From: Candidatus Hydrogenedentota bacterium
Lineage (GTDB): Bacteria > Hydrogenedentota > Hydrogenedentia > Hydrogenedentales > SLHB01
Direction: 5' to 3'
Assembly (NCBI GenBank): GCA_045863335.1
Contig: BTVY01000043.1
Span: forward strand, 1-64,000
Length of the DNA stretch: 64,000 nt
In this document: piece by piece, positions 33,032 through 42,829 of the stretch
Layout: every line of letters starts with the position of its first letter
How positions within the stretch are numbered: the first letter of the stretch is position 1
Program-made: the position numbers and the translations under genes
Notes under the pieces: model-generated
What the model saw: only the letters and a program-made list of their open reading frames with translations
Told to the model about the DNA's origin: nothing
Database searches by the model: none

Positions 33032-34429
33032 ATGAGTGACAGCAATCTTTCGCGCCGGGCGTTTCTGGCCGCGACGACAACCACGGCGGCCTTGACGTTT
33101 ACCGGAGCCGCGGCCAAGCCGAACACGGCGGAAGTCGTACCGGGCAAGAAGTCGCCCAATGAGAAACTGAACGTGGCCGCCATCGGCGCGGGGGGCAAAG
33201 GCAAAGGCGACATCATGAGCTGCGCCCAGTTGGGCGAGAACGTGGTCGCCATTTGCGACGTGGACTGGAAGCGGGCGGAGGAAACCACCTATCTGCTGCC
33301 CAACGCGAAGCAATTCAACGATTACCGCAACATGCTCGAGCAGATGCCCGAGATCGAGGCGGTGACCATTTCCACACCGGACCATACGCATGCGCCGGCC
33401 GCGTATATGGCCATGAAGATGGGCAAGCACGTGTACGTGCAGAAGCCGCTCACCCATACCGTCGCGGAAGCGCGCTTGTTGACGCTGACCGCGCGCGAGA
33501 TGGGCGTCATGACGCAGATGGGCAACCAGGGTCACTGCGGAGACGGCGCCCGGCAGGTCTGCGAGATGGTCTGGTCCGGCGCCATCGGCCCCGTTCGCGA
33601 GGCTCACGTCTGGACCCACCGCCCCGTATGGGCCAACCAGGGCCGTCCCGATCCGTTGCCGCCCGAGGTGACGCCGGAAGGGCTCGACTGGGACCGCTGG
33701 ATCGGGTGCGCTCCGTGGCGTCCATACAACCGCGGTATCGCCCCGCACGATTGGCGCGCGTGGCTCGATTTCGGTGGCGGATCGCTTGGCGACATGGCCT
33801 GCCACATCATGGACCCCGTGTTCTGGGCGTTGAAGCTGGTCGAGTCCACGGATTACACCGTAGAAGTCGTCATGCAAGAGGGCCGCAACACGGAGACCTT
33901 CCCGCTGGTATCGACGATTAAGTATTCGTTCCCGGCGCGCGGCGAGATGCCGCCAGTTGATGTCTACTGGTACGACGGCCACTGGGACAACGGGGACGAG
34001 AAGAAGTACAACCGCCCGGCGCGGCCCGCAGGCATCCCGGAAGATCAGATCCTCGGCGACGACAATCTGAATGGTTCGTTCATGATCGGAGACAACGGCA
34101 TTCTTACCTGCGGCGAATACGGCGGCCAGGCGCGCCTCATGCCCGATGAGAAGATGGTGGAGTACACGATGCCGGAACAGGTGATTCCGCGCATCCCGGA
34201 TCAGGATCCGTACCTCAACTGGATCACCGCCTGCAAGACCGGCGAACCGGCCGCGTCCAATTTCGATTACTCCGGTCCGTTCACGGAAATGGTCCAGTTC
34301 GGCAACCTCGTCGTGAAGTCCGGCGAGAAGCTCCACTGGGACAACCAGAAGGGCGTCGTGACGAACGTGTCGAACCCGGCAGAGATCGTGAGCAAGGAGT
34401 ATCGCAAAGGCTGGGAGCTTCCCTGCTGA
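33032..34429 (+). CDS. Tat-exported Gfo/Idh/MocA oxidoreductase
   Basis: SRRAFL, GAGGKG, TPDHTH, QKP, GDMACH, YRKGW terminus. Confidence 0.93.
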   Translation: MSDSNLSRRAFLAATTTTAALTFTGAAAKPNTAEVVPGKKSPNEKLNVAAIGAGGKGKGDIMSCAQLGENVVAICDVDWKRAEETTYLLPNAKQFNDYRNMLEQMPEIEAVTISTPDHTHAPAAYMAMKMGKHVYVQKPLTHTVAEARLLTLTAREMGVMTQMGNQGHCGDGARQVCEMVWSGAIGPVREAHVWTHRPVWANQGRPDPLPPEVTPEGLDWDRWIGCAPWRPYNRGIAPHDWRAWLDFGGGSLGDMACHIMDPVFWALKLVESTDYTVEVVMQEGRNTETFPLVSTIKYSFPARGEMPPVDVYWYDGHWDNGDEKKYNRPARPAGIPEDQILGDDNLNGSFMIGDNGILTCGEYGGQARLMPDEKMVEYTMPEQVIPRIPDQDPYLNWITACKTGEPAASNFDYSGPFTEMVQFGNLVVKSGEKLHWDNQKGVVTNVSNPAEIVSKEYRKGWELPC

Positions 34430-34455
34430 CGCGTTTGCACTTGATCGGACAGCAT

Positions 34456-34495
34456 CGGGCCCCGCTGGAGTCAAACTCCGGCGGGGCCCGTTCTT
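34456..34495 (+). terminator. Intrinsic terminator-like hairpin
   Basis: CGGGCCCCGCTGGAG / CTCCGGCGGGGCCCG stem followed by TTCTT. Confidence 0.7.
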
Positions 34496-34558
34496 GTGAA
34501 ATTGCTAATGGCACCCATCATGCGGACGCATTCGCCGTCCGTGTAGGTCCGTGCCGGT

Positions 34559-35020
34559 TTATTCTTCGCCGCGGGTTTCTTTGAGCACTTTCAGTTTGGC
34601 GTCGATCAGGATGGGATGCTTCAGGTTCATGAGCCGGGCGAGTTTGTGGACGAGGTAGTCTTCATGCCCATCGAGAACGCTGTCTGCGTAGATGAGCCGC
34701 CAGACCTCCTCGATGATTTGGATCTTCTCGTCGTTCGAGCAGGCTTGATTGATCTGATTCGTGAACTTCCAGAGGTCGAAGCTTTCATCCCGCCGCTCCT
34801 GGGCTACGCGAATCAGTTCTTCCGCGTCTTCCTGGGAGAGCTGAAACCGCTGGCGCAGGGCATTGATGATGTGCTCGCACTCCTCCGGCGAGAATTCGTT
34901 GTCCGCGCCGGCAACTTCCAAGAGAATTACACAGGTCGCCATGCGCAGCTTCTCTTCGGGGTCGGTCTCGATGGCCCCGGCGTCCTCGATGGCAAACAGT
35001 TTAAAGAGTTTATCCAGCAT
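34559..35020 (-). CDS. TerB family protein
   Basis: LLEVAGADNEFSPEE, YADSVLDGHEDYLV motifs. Confidence 0.88.
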   Translation of the reverse strand: MLDKLFKLFAIEDAGAIETDPEEKLRMATCVILLEVAGADNEFSPEECEHIINALRQRFQLSQEDAEELIRVAQERRDESFDLWKFTNQINQACSNDEKIQIIEEVWRLIYADSVLDGHEDYLVHKLARLMNLKHPILIDAKLKVLKETRGEE

Positions 35021-35087
35021 ATCGCGTCCTTTCGACTCCGATGGTACCATGTTGATGAAACCACGTCCAAAACGAGAGCGGTTGTCC

Positions 35088-35657
35088 ATGCGCGCATTCA
35101 TTGCCATCGAACTTCCCGACGCGGTACGCCGCCAGTTGATTGCGATTGTCGCGCAGTTGCGCAAGACGGGAGTCAAGGCCACCTGGGTTCAACCCGACCG
35201 CATGCATCTGACGCTTCGGTTTCTTGGCGACGTGCAAAAAGAGCAGATCGACACAATCGCGGACGCGGTACGGCAACCGCTTGCGTTGCACGACGCCTTT
35301 TCCCTGGTTTCAGACGGTCTCGGCGCGTTTCCCAACCTTCGGCGCCCAAGCGTCATCTGGGCGGCGATCGCTCCTCTGGACCCGAACCTTGCGCGCGTAC
35401 AGCAGTTCGCAGAGACGGCCGCGCGGTCGGCCGGTTTGGCTGCGGAGACCAAGGCCTATCATCCTCATGTCACGCTCGCCCGCGTACGCAATCCGGCTGC
35501 GGCGCGCGCGCTCGGGGCGGCCGTTGAATCGTATCCGGCATTCCGTACGGATGCATTCGACGTGTCCCATGTGTCATTATTCTTGAGTGAGTTGACCCCG
35601 CGTGGACCGGTCTACACGCGCATCCATGAATTTCCAATGAAGCGAAGCGTATCGTGA
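35088..35657 (+). CDS. thpR: RNA 2',3'-cyclic phosphodiesterase (2H phosphoesterase)
   Basis: MRAFIAI start, HLTL and HVTL motifs, GPVY. Confidence 0.92.
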   Translation: MRAFIAIELPDAVRRQLIAIVAQLRKTGVKATWVQPDRMHLTLRFLGDVQKEQIDTIADAVRQPLALHDAFSLVSDGLGAFPNLRRPSVIWAAIAPLDPNLARVQQFAETAARSAGLAAETKAYHPHVTLARVRNPAAARALGAAVESYPAFRTDAFDVSHVSLFLSELTPRGPVYTRIHEFPMKRSVS

Positions 35658-35929
35658 TTGAAAGCACTTTCTACAGCGTCTCTACCTTGTATATGTTGAT
35701 GATTCTGGTGCGGTGGTTGTCGCCGTTCCTCGAATTGAACATGCACGATGTGCGCCTGCGCTGGATCTCGCACCTCGTGGACCCGCCAATCGGCAGCGTA
35801 CGCCGCATTCTGCCGAATCTCGGCCCCATGGATTTTGGTCCCATTGCCACGCTTTTCATTGTATGGATCGCACGGGAAGTTGCACTCGCGTTCTTAACGG
35901 GTGGAGGCTTGAGGGCAGCAGGAGGGTGA
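35654..35929 (+). CDS. yggT: YggT family membrane protein
   Basis: DPP..RRILP..MDFGP; overlaps thpR stop (GTGA). Confidence 0.85.
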   Translation: MIESTFYSVSTLYMLMILVRWLSPFLELNMHDVRLRWISHLVDPPIGSVRRILPNLGPMDFGPIATLFIVWIAREVALAFLTGGGLRAAGG

Positions 35930-35931
35930 CC

Positions 35932-36624
35932 ATGTTCTTCCGCCGCCGATTCCAGTCCCCAGAACCGCCGCCGGGTTCGGAAGCGTATTTCGATCTGCAG
36001 CGCGAACGGATGGTGCAGATCCAGCTCACCGGGCGGAACATCACCGATCCCCGCGTGATCGCCGCCATGGGTTCGGTGCCGCGCCACCGCTTTGTGCCGA
36101 TTTCCCTGCGCGAGTCGGCTTACGAGGACCGGCCACTGGACATCGGACACCGCCAGACGATTTCGCAGCCTTACATGGTCGCGCTGATGACCCAGTTACT
36201 GCGGCTCCAACCTGAAGATCGCGTCCTGGAAGTGGGCACCGGTTCCGGGTACCAGGCGGCGGTCCTCGCGTCCATCGCGCAATCAGTTGTTTCTATCGAG
36301 CGCATCGATTCCATTGCAAACACCGCCGCGGCGGCACTCCACGACCTGGAGTATCTCAACGTTGAAGTGCGCGTCGGGGATGGCACGTTGGGCTGGTGTG
36401 ATCGTGCGCCATACGATGCCATCGTGGTCACTGCGGGGAGTCCCTCCGTGCCGTCAGCCTTGAACGCGCAACTGGCGGATGGCGGCCGGCTGGTATGTCC
36501 AGTGGGGCCACGGGAAATGCAGCAACTCGTGCGAATTACGCGGGAGGGGACCGATCTCCGGGAGGAAGTGGGGATTGGCTGCGTGTTCGTGCCCCTCATC
36601 GGTGACGCAGGATGGTCTGAATGA
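35932..36624 (+). CDS. pcm: Protein-L-isoaspartate O-methyltransferase
   Basis: VPRHRF, QTISQPYMVA, VLEVGTGSGYQAA, APYDAI, FVPLIG. Confidence 0.95.
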   Translation: MFFRRRFQSPEPPPGSEAYFDLQRERMVQIQLTGRNITDPRVIAAMGSVPRHRFVPISLRESAYEDRPLDIGHRQTISQPYMVALMTQLLRLQPEDRVLEVGTGSGYQAAVLASIAQSVVSIERIDSIANTAAAALHDLEYLNVEVRVGDGTLGWCDRAPYDAIVVTAGSPSVPSALNAQLADGGRLVCPVGPREMQQLVRITREGTDLREEVGIGCVFVPLIGDAGWSE

Positions 36625-37445
36625 GGGAACTGGAATCCGGTAAGCCGGTCCTTGATCTTGCAGGTGTCGATCTGGTGCGTGGTGGCACGCCTATCCTGTC
36701 CGGTGTGAACTGGCGGATCCTGCGCGGCGAGCACTGGGCGCTGCTCGGGGCCAATGGGTCGGGCAAAACCACCTTGTTGAAAGTGATTACCGGTTACGAA
36801 TGGCCCACCTCCGGAAGCGTCACGGTGCTTGACAACCACCACGGGGATTGCGATATCCGCGCGCTGCGCAGGCACATCGGATGGGTCAGTTCCTCGCTCG
36901 AACACCGTCTGCCCCCGGAGGAACGCGCCGTGGACGTTGTGCTTTCGGGTATCGACGCCTCGATCGGCATCTACCGCCAGCACACCGAAGCGGAGCACTC
37001 GCTTGCGCGGGAGATGCTACGCAGGGTTGGCGGCGGTTCCGTCAGTGACCGGCAATACGGGGTTCTTTCGCAGGGAGAGCAGCAGCGGGTCCTGATCGCG
37101 CGGGCGCTGATCGCGCGTCCGGAATTGCTGATTCTGGATGAACCTTGCGCGGGACTGGACCCGGCGGCGCGGGCGCGGTTTCTGGACGACCTTGGCGTAC
37201 TGGTGAAAGAGCCGAAGTCGCCCAATCTCGTGCTGGTCACGCACCACGTCGAGGAAATCGGACCCTGGATAAACCGGGTGCTTATGCTCAAGTCGGGCCG
37301 GGTATTGGCTTCCGGCGCGCCTGAAGAAGTGCTTACGGACGCTACCCTAAGCCGCGCGTTTGACGCGACCTGTCACGTTACCCGCCGGGGAGGCGGATTT
37401 CAGATTTCCGTTGCGTCGTCGGAAAGCGGCGTTGGCTCTCGCTGA
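36621..37445 (+). CDS. ABC transporter ATP-binding protein (ModF/YlmA-like)
   Basis: GANGSGKT, LSQGE, ILDEP, VTHH. Confidence 0.92.
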   Translation: MRELESGKPVLDLAGVDLVRGGTPILSGVNWRILRGEHWALLGANGSGKTTLLKVITGYEWPTSGSVTVLDNHHGDCDIRALRRHIGWVSSSLEHRLPPEERAVDVVLSGIDASIGIYRQHTEAEHSLAREMLRRVGGGSVSDRQYGVLSQGEQQRVLIARALIARPELLILDEPCAGLDPAARARFLDDLGVLVKEPKSPNLVLVTHHVEEIGPWINRVLMLKSGRVLASGAPEEVLTDATLSRAFDATCHVTRRGGGFQISVASSESGVGSR

Positions 37446-37450
37446 GTTCG

Positions 37451-37861
37451 TCAGTTTGCAGCGGCGTACGGGACGGCGCCTTGGTCCATCGCCTCGGAGA
37501 CTGCCGCGCGGATTTCGACGGGCTTCATACCTATGGCCAGGCATTCCCCCACGGCTTCCCAGAGATGTGAGCGCACCATCTGCGACGCCTTGGTCTGGGC
37601 AATCTTGTGGGCCTTATCGGTGACAGTGACGCCAACGCCACGGCGCGTCGTGACAAACCCCATCAATTCCAGGTCGCGATAGGCCTTGATGACGGTGTTG
37701 GTGTTTACGTTAAGCATGCTTGACATGTCCCGCGCGGGGGGCACTCGATCGCCCGCCATAAGCCGTTTGGATGCAATGGCAAACATGATCTGGTTTTCGA
37801 TTTGCACATAGACCGCGATAGGGCTGTCGATGTTCACGGTAAACTTCAGCTTCTCCTGCAT
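37451..37861 (-). CDS. GntR family transcriptional regulator (YtrA-like)
   Basis: YVQI, NTNTVIKAYRDLE, RRGVG wHTH; short C-terminus. Confidence 0.9.
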   Translation of the reverse strand: MQEKLKFTVNIDSPIAVYVQIENQIMFAIASKRLMAGDRVPPARDMSSMLNVNTNTVIKAYRDLELMGFVTTRRGVGVTVTDKAHKIAQTKASQMVRSHLWEAVGECLAIGMKPVEIRAAVSEAMDQGAVPYAAAN

Positions 37862-38079
37862 GAACTCCACCTCAATTTAACTTTCGTATTGGAATTCGAA
37901 GCGACCCCCTCTGGCCGCAGAACGCGTTCAAATCATAGCCGCTCTTCGCCAAGAAAGCAAGCGTATTGCTAAACGAATCAACGTGTTACTGGGTTCGTCC
38001 TAGAACGGGAGGAAGTAAAGGTAATTCAGGATGCTGAGGGAAGAGGTGCGCGGACGGAAGCGGTGGGGGGTCTCGGAAC

Positions 38080-38958
38080 TCAACCGTATGGCGCCGCTAC
38101 GGCCTCAAAGCGCATCTCGTTGAAGTCGTAAAGTAATCTCTTGTCGACTACACCCTTAGGCGACAGGATGCCTGTTTGTATCCGGCCCCCGGCCGCCCAG
38201 ACCAACCGGCCGCGGTCCCAGTCGGCCCACTCCCAGTCCCGGCAGTCGTGGATGTCGTCGAGGCCGGGGTTTTCCAGTTCGTGTTCGTCGAAATAGCAAC
38301 CCCGGCCGGGCTGGTTGCAGGTGGCGTAGGCGAGCTTCCGCAAAATCCAACCGCCGGGTAGGGGCAATTCAAACACAGCATGTACGTTGCGGGGCAGTGC
38401 GTCGCGATTCAAATGGCAGAATTGCCATTCGCCGTCAACCGGTTGGCGGTACCGCTCGCAAGCCACCAGTTTCCATCCATCGCGGATGAGGCGGTGATAA
38501 TATACGCCGGGACATTCACCCCCGTAATACGCCGAGAAGGGATAGTCCCGGCGGTTCAACCCCGGTGGAATCGGGACAGACTCCACGCTGCCGCAGCCGG
38601 CATTCAGCCAGTATTCGCCGGTGCTGAGAAAGAGTCCGCCGCCGTTCCAGCAGTCGCCCTTGGGCCAGAATCCGATGGCCTTCAAGTAGGGCGCCCGGGA
38701 AATGGCGGTCCAGGAACCCTTCGAGTCCGTATGCCACTTCCCGTTCATGGCGAAGTAAATGAGGTGCTTGCCATCGGGGGAGAGGTCGCTGCGCCGTTCG
38801 TAGATGCGGCCGCGAAGCCATTGGCCCACCGTGAAGGTGTCGGTGGCGCGATCCCAGCCGATAGTCGCGACGCACTTCGCGGGGCCACGGCGGATGACGA
38901 CGGCGTAGGGGGCGTCCGTCGCCATAAGTACGTGCAATCGTGCCGGATAACGGGCCAT
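38080..38958 (-). CDS. Hypothetical protein (Trp/Gly/Cys-rich, beta-rich)
   Basis: 292-aa ORF with AAGGA RBS; DLSPDGKHLIY resembles a WD40-like/PD40 blade. Confidence 0.75.
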   Translation of the reverse strand: MARYPARLHVLMATDAPYAVVIRRGPAKCVATIGWDRATDTFTVGQWLRGRIYERRSDLSPDGKHLIYFAMNGKWHTDSKGSWTAISRAPYLKAIGFWPKGDCWNGGGLFLSTGEYWLNAGCGSVESVPIPPGLNRRDYPFSAYYGGECPGVYYHRLIRDGWKLVACERYRQPVDGEWQFCHLNRDALPRNVHAVFELPLPGGWILRKLAYATCNQPGRGCYFDEHELENPGLDDIHDCRDWEWADWDRGRLVWAAGGRIQTGILSPKGVVDKRLLYDFNEMRFEAVAAPYG

Positions 38959-39028
38959 TTTCTCAGTCCTTCGTTGGTCGTACGGCGCTGGCGGCTCTTA
39001 GTGTACCGAATTGGAAGCGCGCTCGGTA

Positions 39029-39084
39029 ATGGGGTATGGGGTATGGGGTATGGGGTATGGGGTATGGGGTATGGGGTATGGGGT
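39029..39084. repeat. Perfect heptamer tandem repeat (ATGGGGT)x8
   Basis: Counted directly. Confidence 0.97.
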
Positions 39085-39399
39085 GTAATGGCGTCGGAAC
39101 TTTGCCAGGCCGCTATGGCGTTCTTGCGTATATGCCGATTACAAATTTGAGATCTCAGAGCCAGGAGACGCGATGGCAAGGAGTGGCGTGGTCAAAACAG
39201 CGGACGTTTCAGTACTGACACGATTCTGGCGTTTTGGAACTGCTGCCGATGGACGGAGCATATTGCCTACAAAAGGACTCCAAAAGAAACTCGTTCTCCC
39301 TATTCTTAAGTACTTTGGTGGTCGGTTCGTCGGTGTAAGACTATATGCGAAAGGAACGATCCTGATGGGCTCCATCTAAGATGCTGGGGTTTTCGAGGG

Positions 39400-39500
39400 G
39401 GGCCTGCGTCAGAAAATCAGGAATCAGGCGGCGCGGGCATCCCAGTAGTCGTGGAATCGGTTGAAGAGGATAGCGTAGCGCAGGGCGACGGTGGCGTCCG
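39400..39500 (-). mobile_element. Relic 3' end of an ISKra4-like insertion sequence
   Basis: Minus frame reads VALRYAILFNRFHDYWDARAA* (stop 39424-39426) then TTTTCTGACGCAGGCCC, resembling the transposase C-terminus and right end of that family as I recall them. Confidence 0.5.
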
Positions 39501-39586
39501 TTGATTCGACAAGATGCCTGTCCGATCGGGATAATAGGTATCGCATCTGCACGATTAGGGCCGATTACGTTTAGGATTTGCGAAAC

Positions 39587-40666
39587 GTGGCGCACGTACG
39601 CGATAAACATACCCACTACGAGAGCGACGCCGATTCGAGCGCGGGCGGGGAGCCGGTACAGGACCGCCTGGCGCGTCCTATCCGCGATCTACGCATTTCC
39701 GTCACGGACAAGTGCAACTTCCGCTGCCCGTACTGCATGCCGGCCGACCGGTACGGAGAGGGGTATCCCTTTCTGACGCGGCAAGACCTGCTCAGCTTTG
39801 AAGAGATTGTCCAACTGGCGCGGGCATTCGCCGGGTCGGGTGTCCGGAAGCTCCGGCTGACGGGGGGCGAGCCGTTGCTGCGGCGGGACTTGCCCCTACT
39901 CGTGGAGATGCTCGCCGGGATCGACGGGATTGAAGACCTGGCTTTGACGACGAATGGGATGCTCTTGAAGAAGTACGCGGTGGCGCTGCGGCGCGCGGGA
40001 CTGCATCGCGTAACGGTCAGTCTCGATTCCCTGGATGGTACGGTGTTCGCAGCGATGAACGGCGGCAGGGGAAGTCCGGGTGAAGTGCTCGAAGGGATAG
40101 CCGCGGCCGCGGACGCGGGTCTAGATCCCATCAAGATCAACGTCGTGGTGAAACGCGGCGTAAACGACCATACCGCGGCCGGCCTCGCGGAACATTTCCG
40201 GGGCACGGGGCACATCGTGCGGTTCATCGAATACATGGACGTGGGCACGCTGAATGATTGGCGGCGGACCGATGTGGTGCCTTCGGCGGAAGTGCTTGGG
40301 CGTATCGCCGAGAAGTTCCCCGTGGAACCCGTCGACCGGGACTATCCCGGTGAAGTGGCGGAGCGGTACCGGTATGTAGATGGCGCGGGGGAAATCGGAT
40401 TTATATCGTCCGTGACGGCGCCGTTCTGCGGCGGGTGTACGCGGGCGCGTCTGTCCGCTGACGGCAAGTTGTTCCTCTGTCTATTCGCGAAGGAAGGCCA
40501 TGACCTGCGTGCGCCCCTGCGCGAAGGCGCGGATGATGGTACGTTGGAAGATCTGATTCGCGGAATCTGGAGCGGCCGGGCAGATCGATATTCCGAGACG
40601 AGAAAGAGCGCGGGGACGGGCAACGGCGCGAATCAGAAGGTTGAGATGTATCATATTGGAGGATGA
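39587..40666 (+). CDS. moaA: GTP 3',8-cyclase MoaA
   Basis: LRISVTDKCNFRCPYCMP, TGGEP, FCGGC, IGG terminus; start uncertain. Confidence 0.96.
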   Translation: MAHVRDKHTHYESDADSSAGGEPVQDRLARPIRDLRISVTDKCNFRCPYCMPADRYGEGYPFLTRQDLLSFEEIVQLARAFAGSGVRKLRLTGGEPLLRRDLPLLVEMLAGIDGIEDLALTTNGMLLKKYAVALRRAGLHRVTVSLDSLDGTVFAAMNGGRGSPGEVLEGIAAAADAGLDPIKINVVVKRGVNDHTAAGLAEHFRGTGHIVRFIEYMDVGTLNDWRRTDVVPSAEVLGRIAEKFPVEPVDRDYPGEVAERYRYVDGAGEIGFISSVTAPFCGGCTRARLSADGKLFLCLFAKEGHDLRAPLREGADDGTLEDLIRGIWSGRADRYSETRKSAGTGNGANQKVEMYHIGG

Positions 40667-40732
40667 GACTGGAGACTGGAGGCTGGAGGAATTCACACGG
40701 ACCTGCACGGACGGACACGGACGGACACCGAC
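40665..40732. repeat. 7-mer (GAG[AG]CTG) plus 10-mer (ACACGGAC-type) short tandem repeats
   Basis: Same composite recurs at 45997-46101. Confidence 0.75.
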
Positions 40733-40858
40733 CCATACACCCTGTGAGCGCGGTTTGAGCCGACGTTGCTGGTAAGGCGGAAATCTAAGCTTGGCAGGAG
40801 ACAGGGTGGATATACCGAACGTTGGTGGTGACACCGTGGTTTTGCGTTGTTCGTGCTT

Positions 40859-40905
40859 AGGATTTTGAGTTTGTTTCGGATTTCGAGTTTCGGATTTCGG
40901 ATTTG
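40859..40905. repeat. TTTCGGA-type heptamer repeat tract
   Basis: Related tracts at 49238-49281 and (inverted) 51941-51995. Confidence 0.75.
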
Positions 40906-40925
40906 GATCGGAGCCAGGGACTTTC

Positions 40926-41393
40926 ATGCTATCGCACATTGATGAGAACAATCAGCCCCGGATGGTGGATGTGGGGGAGAAGAGTCCGACGCGGCGCAGC
41001 GCGCGGGCGCGGGCGGTCGTCGCGCTGCCGGACGCCGTTTGGGAAGCATTGCGGGATGGCGACATTCAGTCCAAGAAGGGCCCTGTCTTCCAGACCGCGA
41101 TCATTGCGGGTACCATGGCGGCGAAGAAGACGAGCGACCTGATTCCCTTCTGCCATCCGATTGGACTCGACAACTGCCGCATCACGATCGAGCCGAACGA
41201 CCGGCAGGAGTTGGTGATCGAGTGCGAGACCAGCGTGACCCACAAGACCGGCGTCGAGATGGAGGCCCTGACGGGCGCGACGGTCGCCGCGTTGACGGTG
41301 TACGATATGTGCAAGGCGTTGTCTCATGATATTACGATCAGGGACGTGCGGCTTGTGGAAAAGCGGGGCGGGAAGAGTGACTATGGGGTGTAG
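40926..41393 (+). CDS. moaC: Cyclic pyranopterin monophosphate synthase MoaC
   Basis: MVDV, LIPFCHP, TGVEMEAL, YDMCKA, GGKS. Confidence 0.96.
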   Translation: MLSHIDENNQPRMVDVGEKSPTRRSARARAVVALPDAVWEALRDGDIQSKKGPVFQTAIIAGTMAAKKTSDLIPFCHPIGLDNCRITIEPNDRQELVIECETSVTHKTGVEMEALTGATVAALTVYDMCKALSHDITIRDVRLVEKRGGKSDYGV

Positions 41394-42492
41394 TCATTCG
41401 GCGCACGATCGGCCGGCGCGGCCCGGCTACGGGTTCAATCCCTTCGAGATCGCCGTCTGCGGTCCCGACGATGCGGTTCGCGCCGCGCTTGTCGCGAGTC
41501 TGACGGCCCGGTTCGAGGCCCTGCACACGGTCGGACACGTCATGGAACGCGATCCCCAGATGGCCGCTGAGACCGTCGAACAGATGGGCGCCAGCCTCAT
41601 CGTGGGCGACGGGCAACATGGGCTCATGTATCCCGAGCATCTCGATGATTACCTCAGTCCCCGGCCGTTGATGGATGTGGACCTCGTGTTCGTCGAATCG
41701 ACCGGGAATCCGGCCATGCCGAAGCTGGTGGCCGTGGGCGATGGCGAGTTGGACGAGGACTACGACGACGTCATCGCCTACGTGGGCGCGCGGGAGGCCT
41801 GTCCGATTCTGCCGTCGGACGCGGAGTACTACACCTTCGACCAGATGCCGGCGATTCTGACGCGGGTCGACGCGCATTTCTTCGAGGTGATTGACGGCGT
41901 GCCCCTCTACGGCCTGGTCATGGCGGGTGGCAGGAGCACGCGCATGGGACAGGACAAGTCGGCGCTCCGCTACCACGATAAGCCCCAGGTGGCCCATTGC
42001 CATGAGATACTGGGCCAGTTCTGCGATCAGGTGTATGTGTCTTGCCGCGCGGACCAGGAAGAGGCGTTCGCGCAGTACGAGCGCATTCCGGACGCCTTCC
42101 TCGATATGGGGCCCATGGGCGGAATTCTTTCGGCGCTGCGGTTCGATCCCGGCGCGGCGTGGCTGGTACTGGCCTGTGACTTGCCTTTCGTGAAATACGA
42201 GACATTGGACGCGCTCGTCCATTCGCGGAATCCGTTTAAATTGGCGACGGCGTACGTCAGCGCGAACGATGGGTTTCCGGAACCGCTTTGCGCCATCTAC
42301 GAGCCGAAGAGTATCCACCGGATGCTCGGGTTTCTTGCGCGGGGGTATCAGTGTCCGCGCAAGGTGTTGATTAACTCCGACACGGAACGCATCGAGCCGC
42401 CGCAACATGGTGAACTGGACAACGTGAACCATCCCCACGAGTACGAGGCCGCGCGGCAGGCGCTCGGCGGGGCGAGGACGGAGTCGCCGTGA
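41383..42492 (+). CDS. mobA: Molybdenum cofactor guanylyltransferase MobA with degenerate MobB-like N-terminal domain
   Basis: AGGRSTRMGQDK, GPMGGI, ACDLP, EPLCAIY, NVN; ~165-aa N-terminal extension. Confidence 0.85.
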   Translation: MGCSHSAHDRPARPGYGFNPFEIAVCGPDDAVRAALVASLTARFEALHTVGHVMERDPQMAAETVEQMGASLIVGDGQHGLMYPEHLDDYLSPRPLMDVDLVFVESTGNPAMPKLVAVGDGELDEDYDDVIAYVGAREACPILPSDAEYYTFDQMPAILTRVDAHFFEVIDGVPLYGLVMAGGRSTRMGQDKSALRYHDKPQVAHCHEILGQFCDQVYVSCRADQEEAFAQYERIPDAFLDMGPMGGILSALRFDPGAAWLVLACDLPFVKYETLDALVHSRNPFKLATAYVSANDGFPEPLCAIYEPKSIHRMLGFLARGYQCPRKVLINSDTERIEPPQHGELDNVNHPHEYEAARQALGGARTESP

Positions 42493-42731
42493 GCAATATC
42501 CACATCCACTATTTCGCCATTCTCCGCGAGCAGCGGGGACTGAACGAGGAGAACCTCGACACGGCCGCGTCGACTGCCGCGGACCTCTATGAGGAGCTTC
42601 GCGCGCGTCATGGGTTCAGCCTGCCGCTCGCGCGTATGCGGGTTATCGTCAACGATTCGTTTGTTGATTGGGCGCATCCGCTGTGCGACGGCGACCGGGT
42701 GGTGTTTGTGCCGCCGGTGGCGGGGGGGTAG
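42489..42731 (+). CDS. moaD: MoaD/ThiS sulfur carrier
   Basis: YFAILRE, PPVAGG terminus; in moa operon. Confidence 0.93.
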   Translation: MSNIHIHYFAILREQRGLNEENLDTAASTAADLYEELRARHGFSLPLARMRVIVNDSFVDWAHPLCDGDRVVFVPPVAGG

Positions 42732-42829
42732 GCGGAAGGGGTTCAGAAGAAGAATAGGGGCAGGCACCTTTTCGTTATTCGGCCATCGCACGGATGATTA
42801 CTACAATCCGTGAGTAGGGGTGGGGAGGG

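Noticed and set aside
34509-34524. sigma54-like TGGCAC-N5-ATGC
   Set aside because: Points into the 3' end of a convergent gene; likely chance
35088-37445. thpR-yggT-pcm-ABC ATPase as a novel repair system
   Set aside because: All are common housekeeping families; nothing in the sequence indicates joint function beyond co-transcription
39400-39586. Moco riboswitch upstream of moaA
   Set aside because: No recognisable motif; part of the region is better explained as an IS relic; needs an Rfam scan
40790-40830. GGYTER peptide resembling a four-helix-bundle suffix relic
   Set aside because: Six residues only, no ORF context
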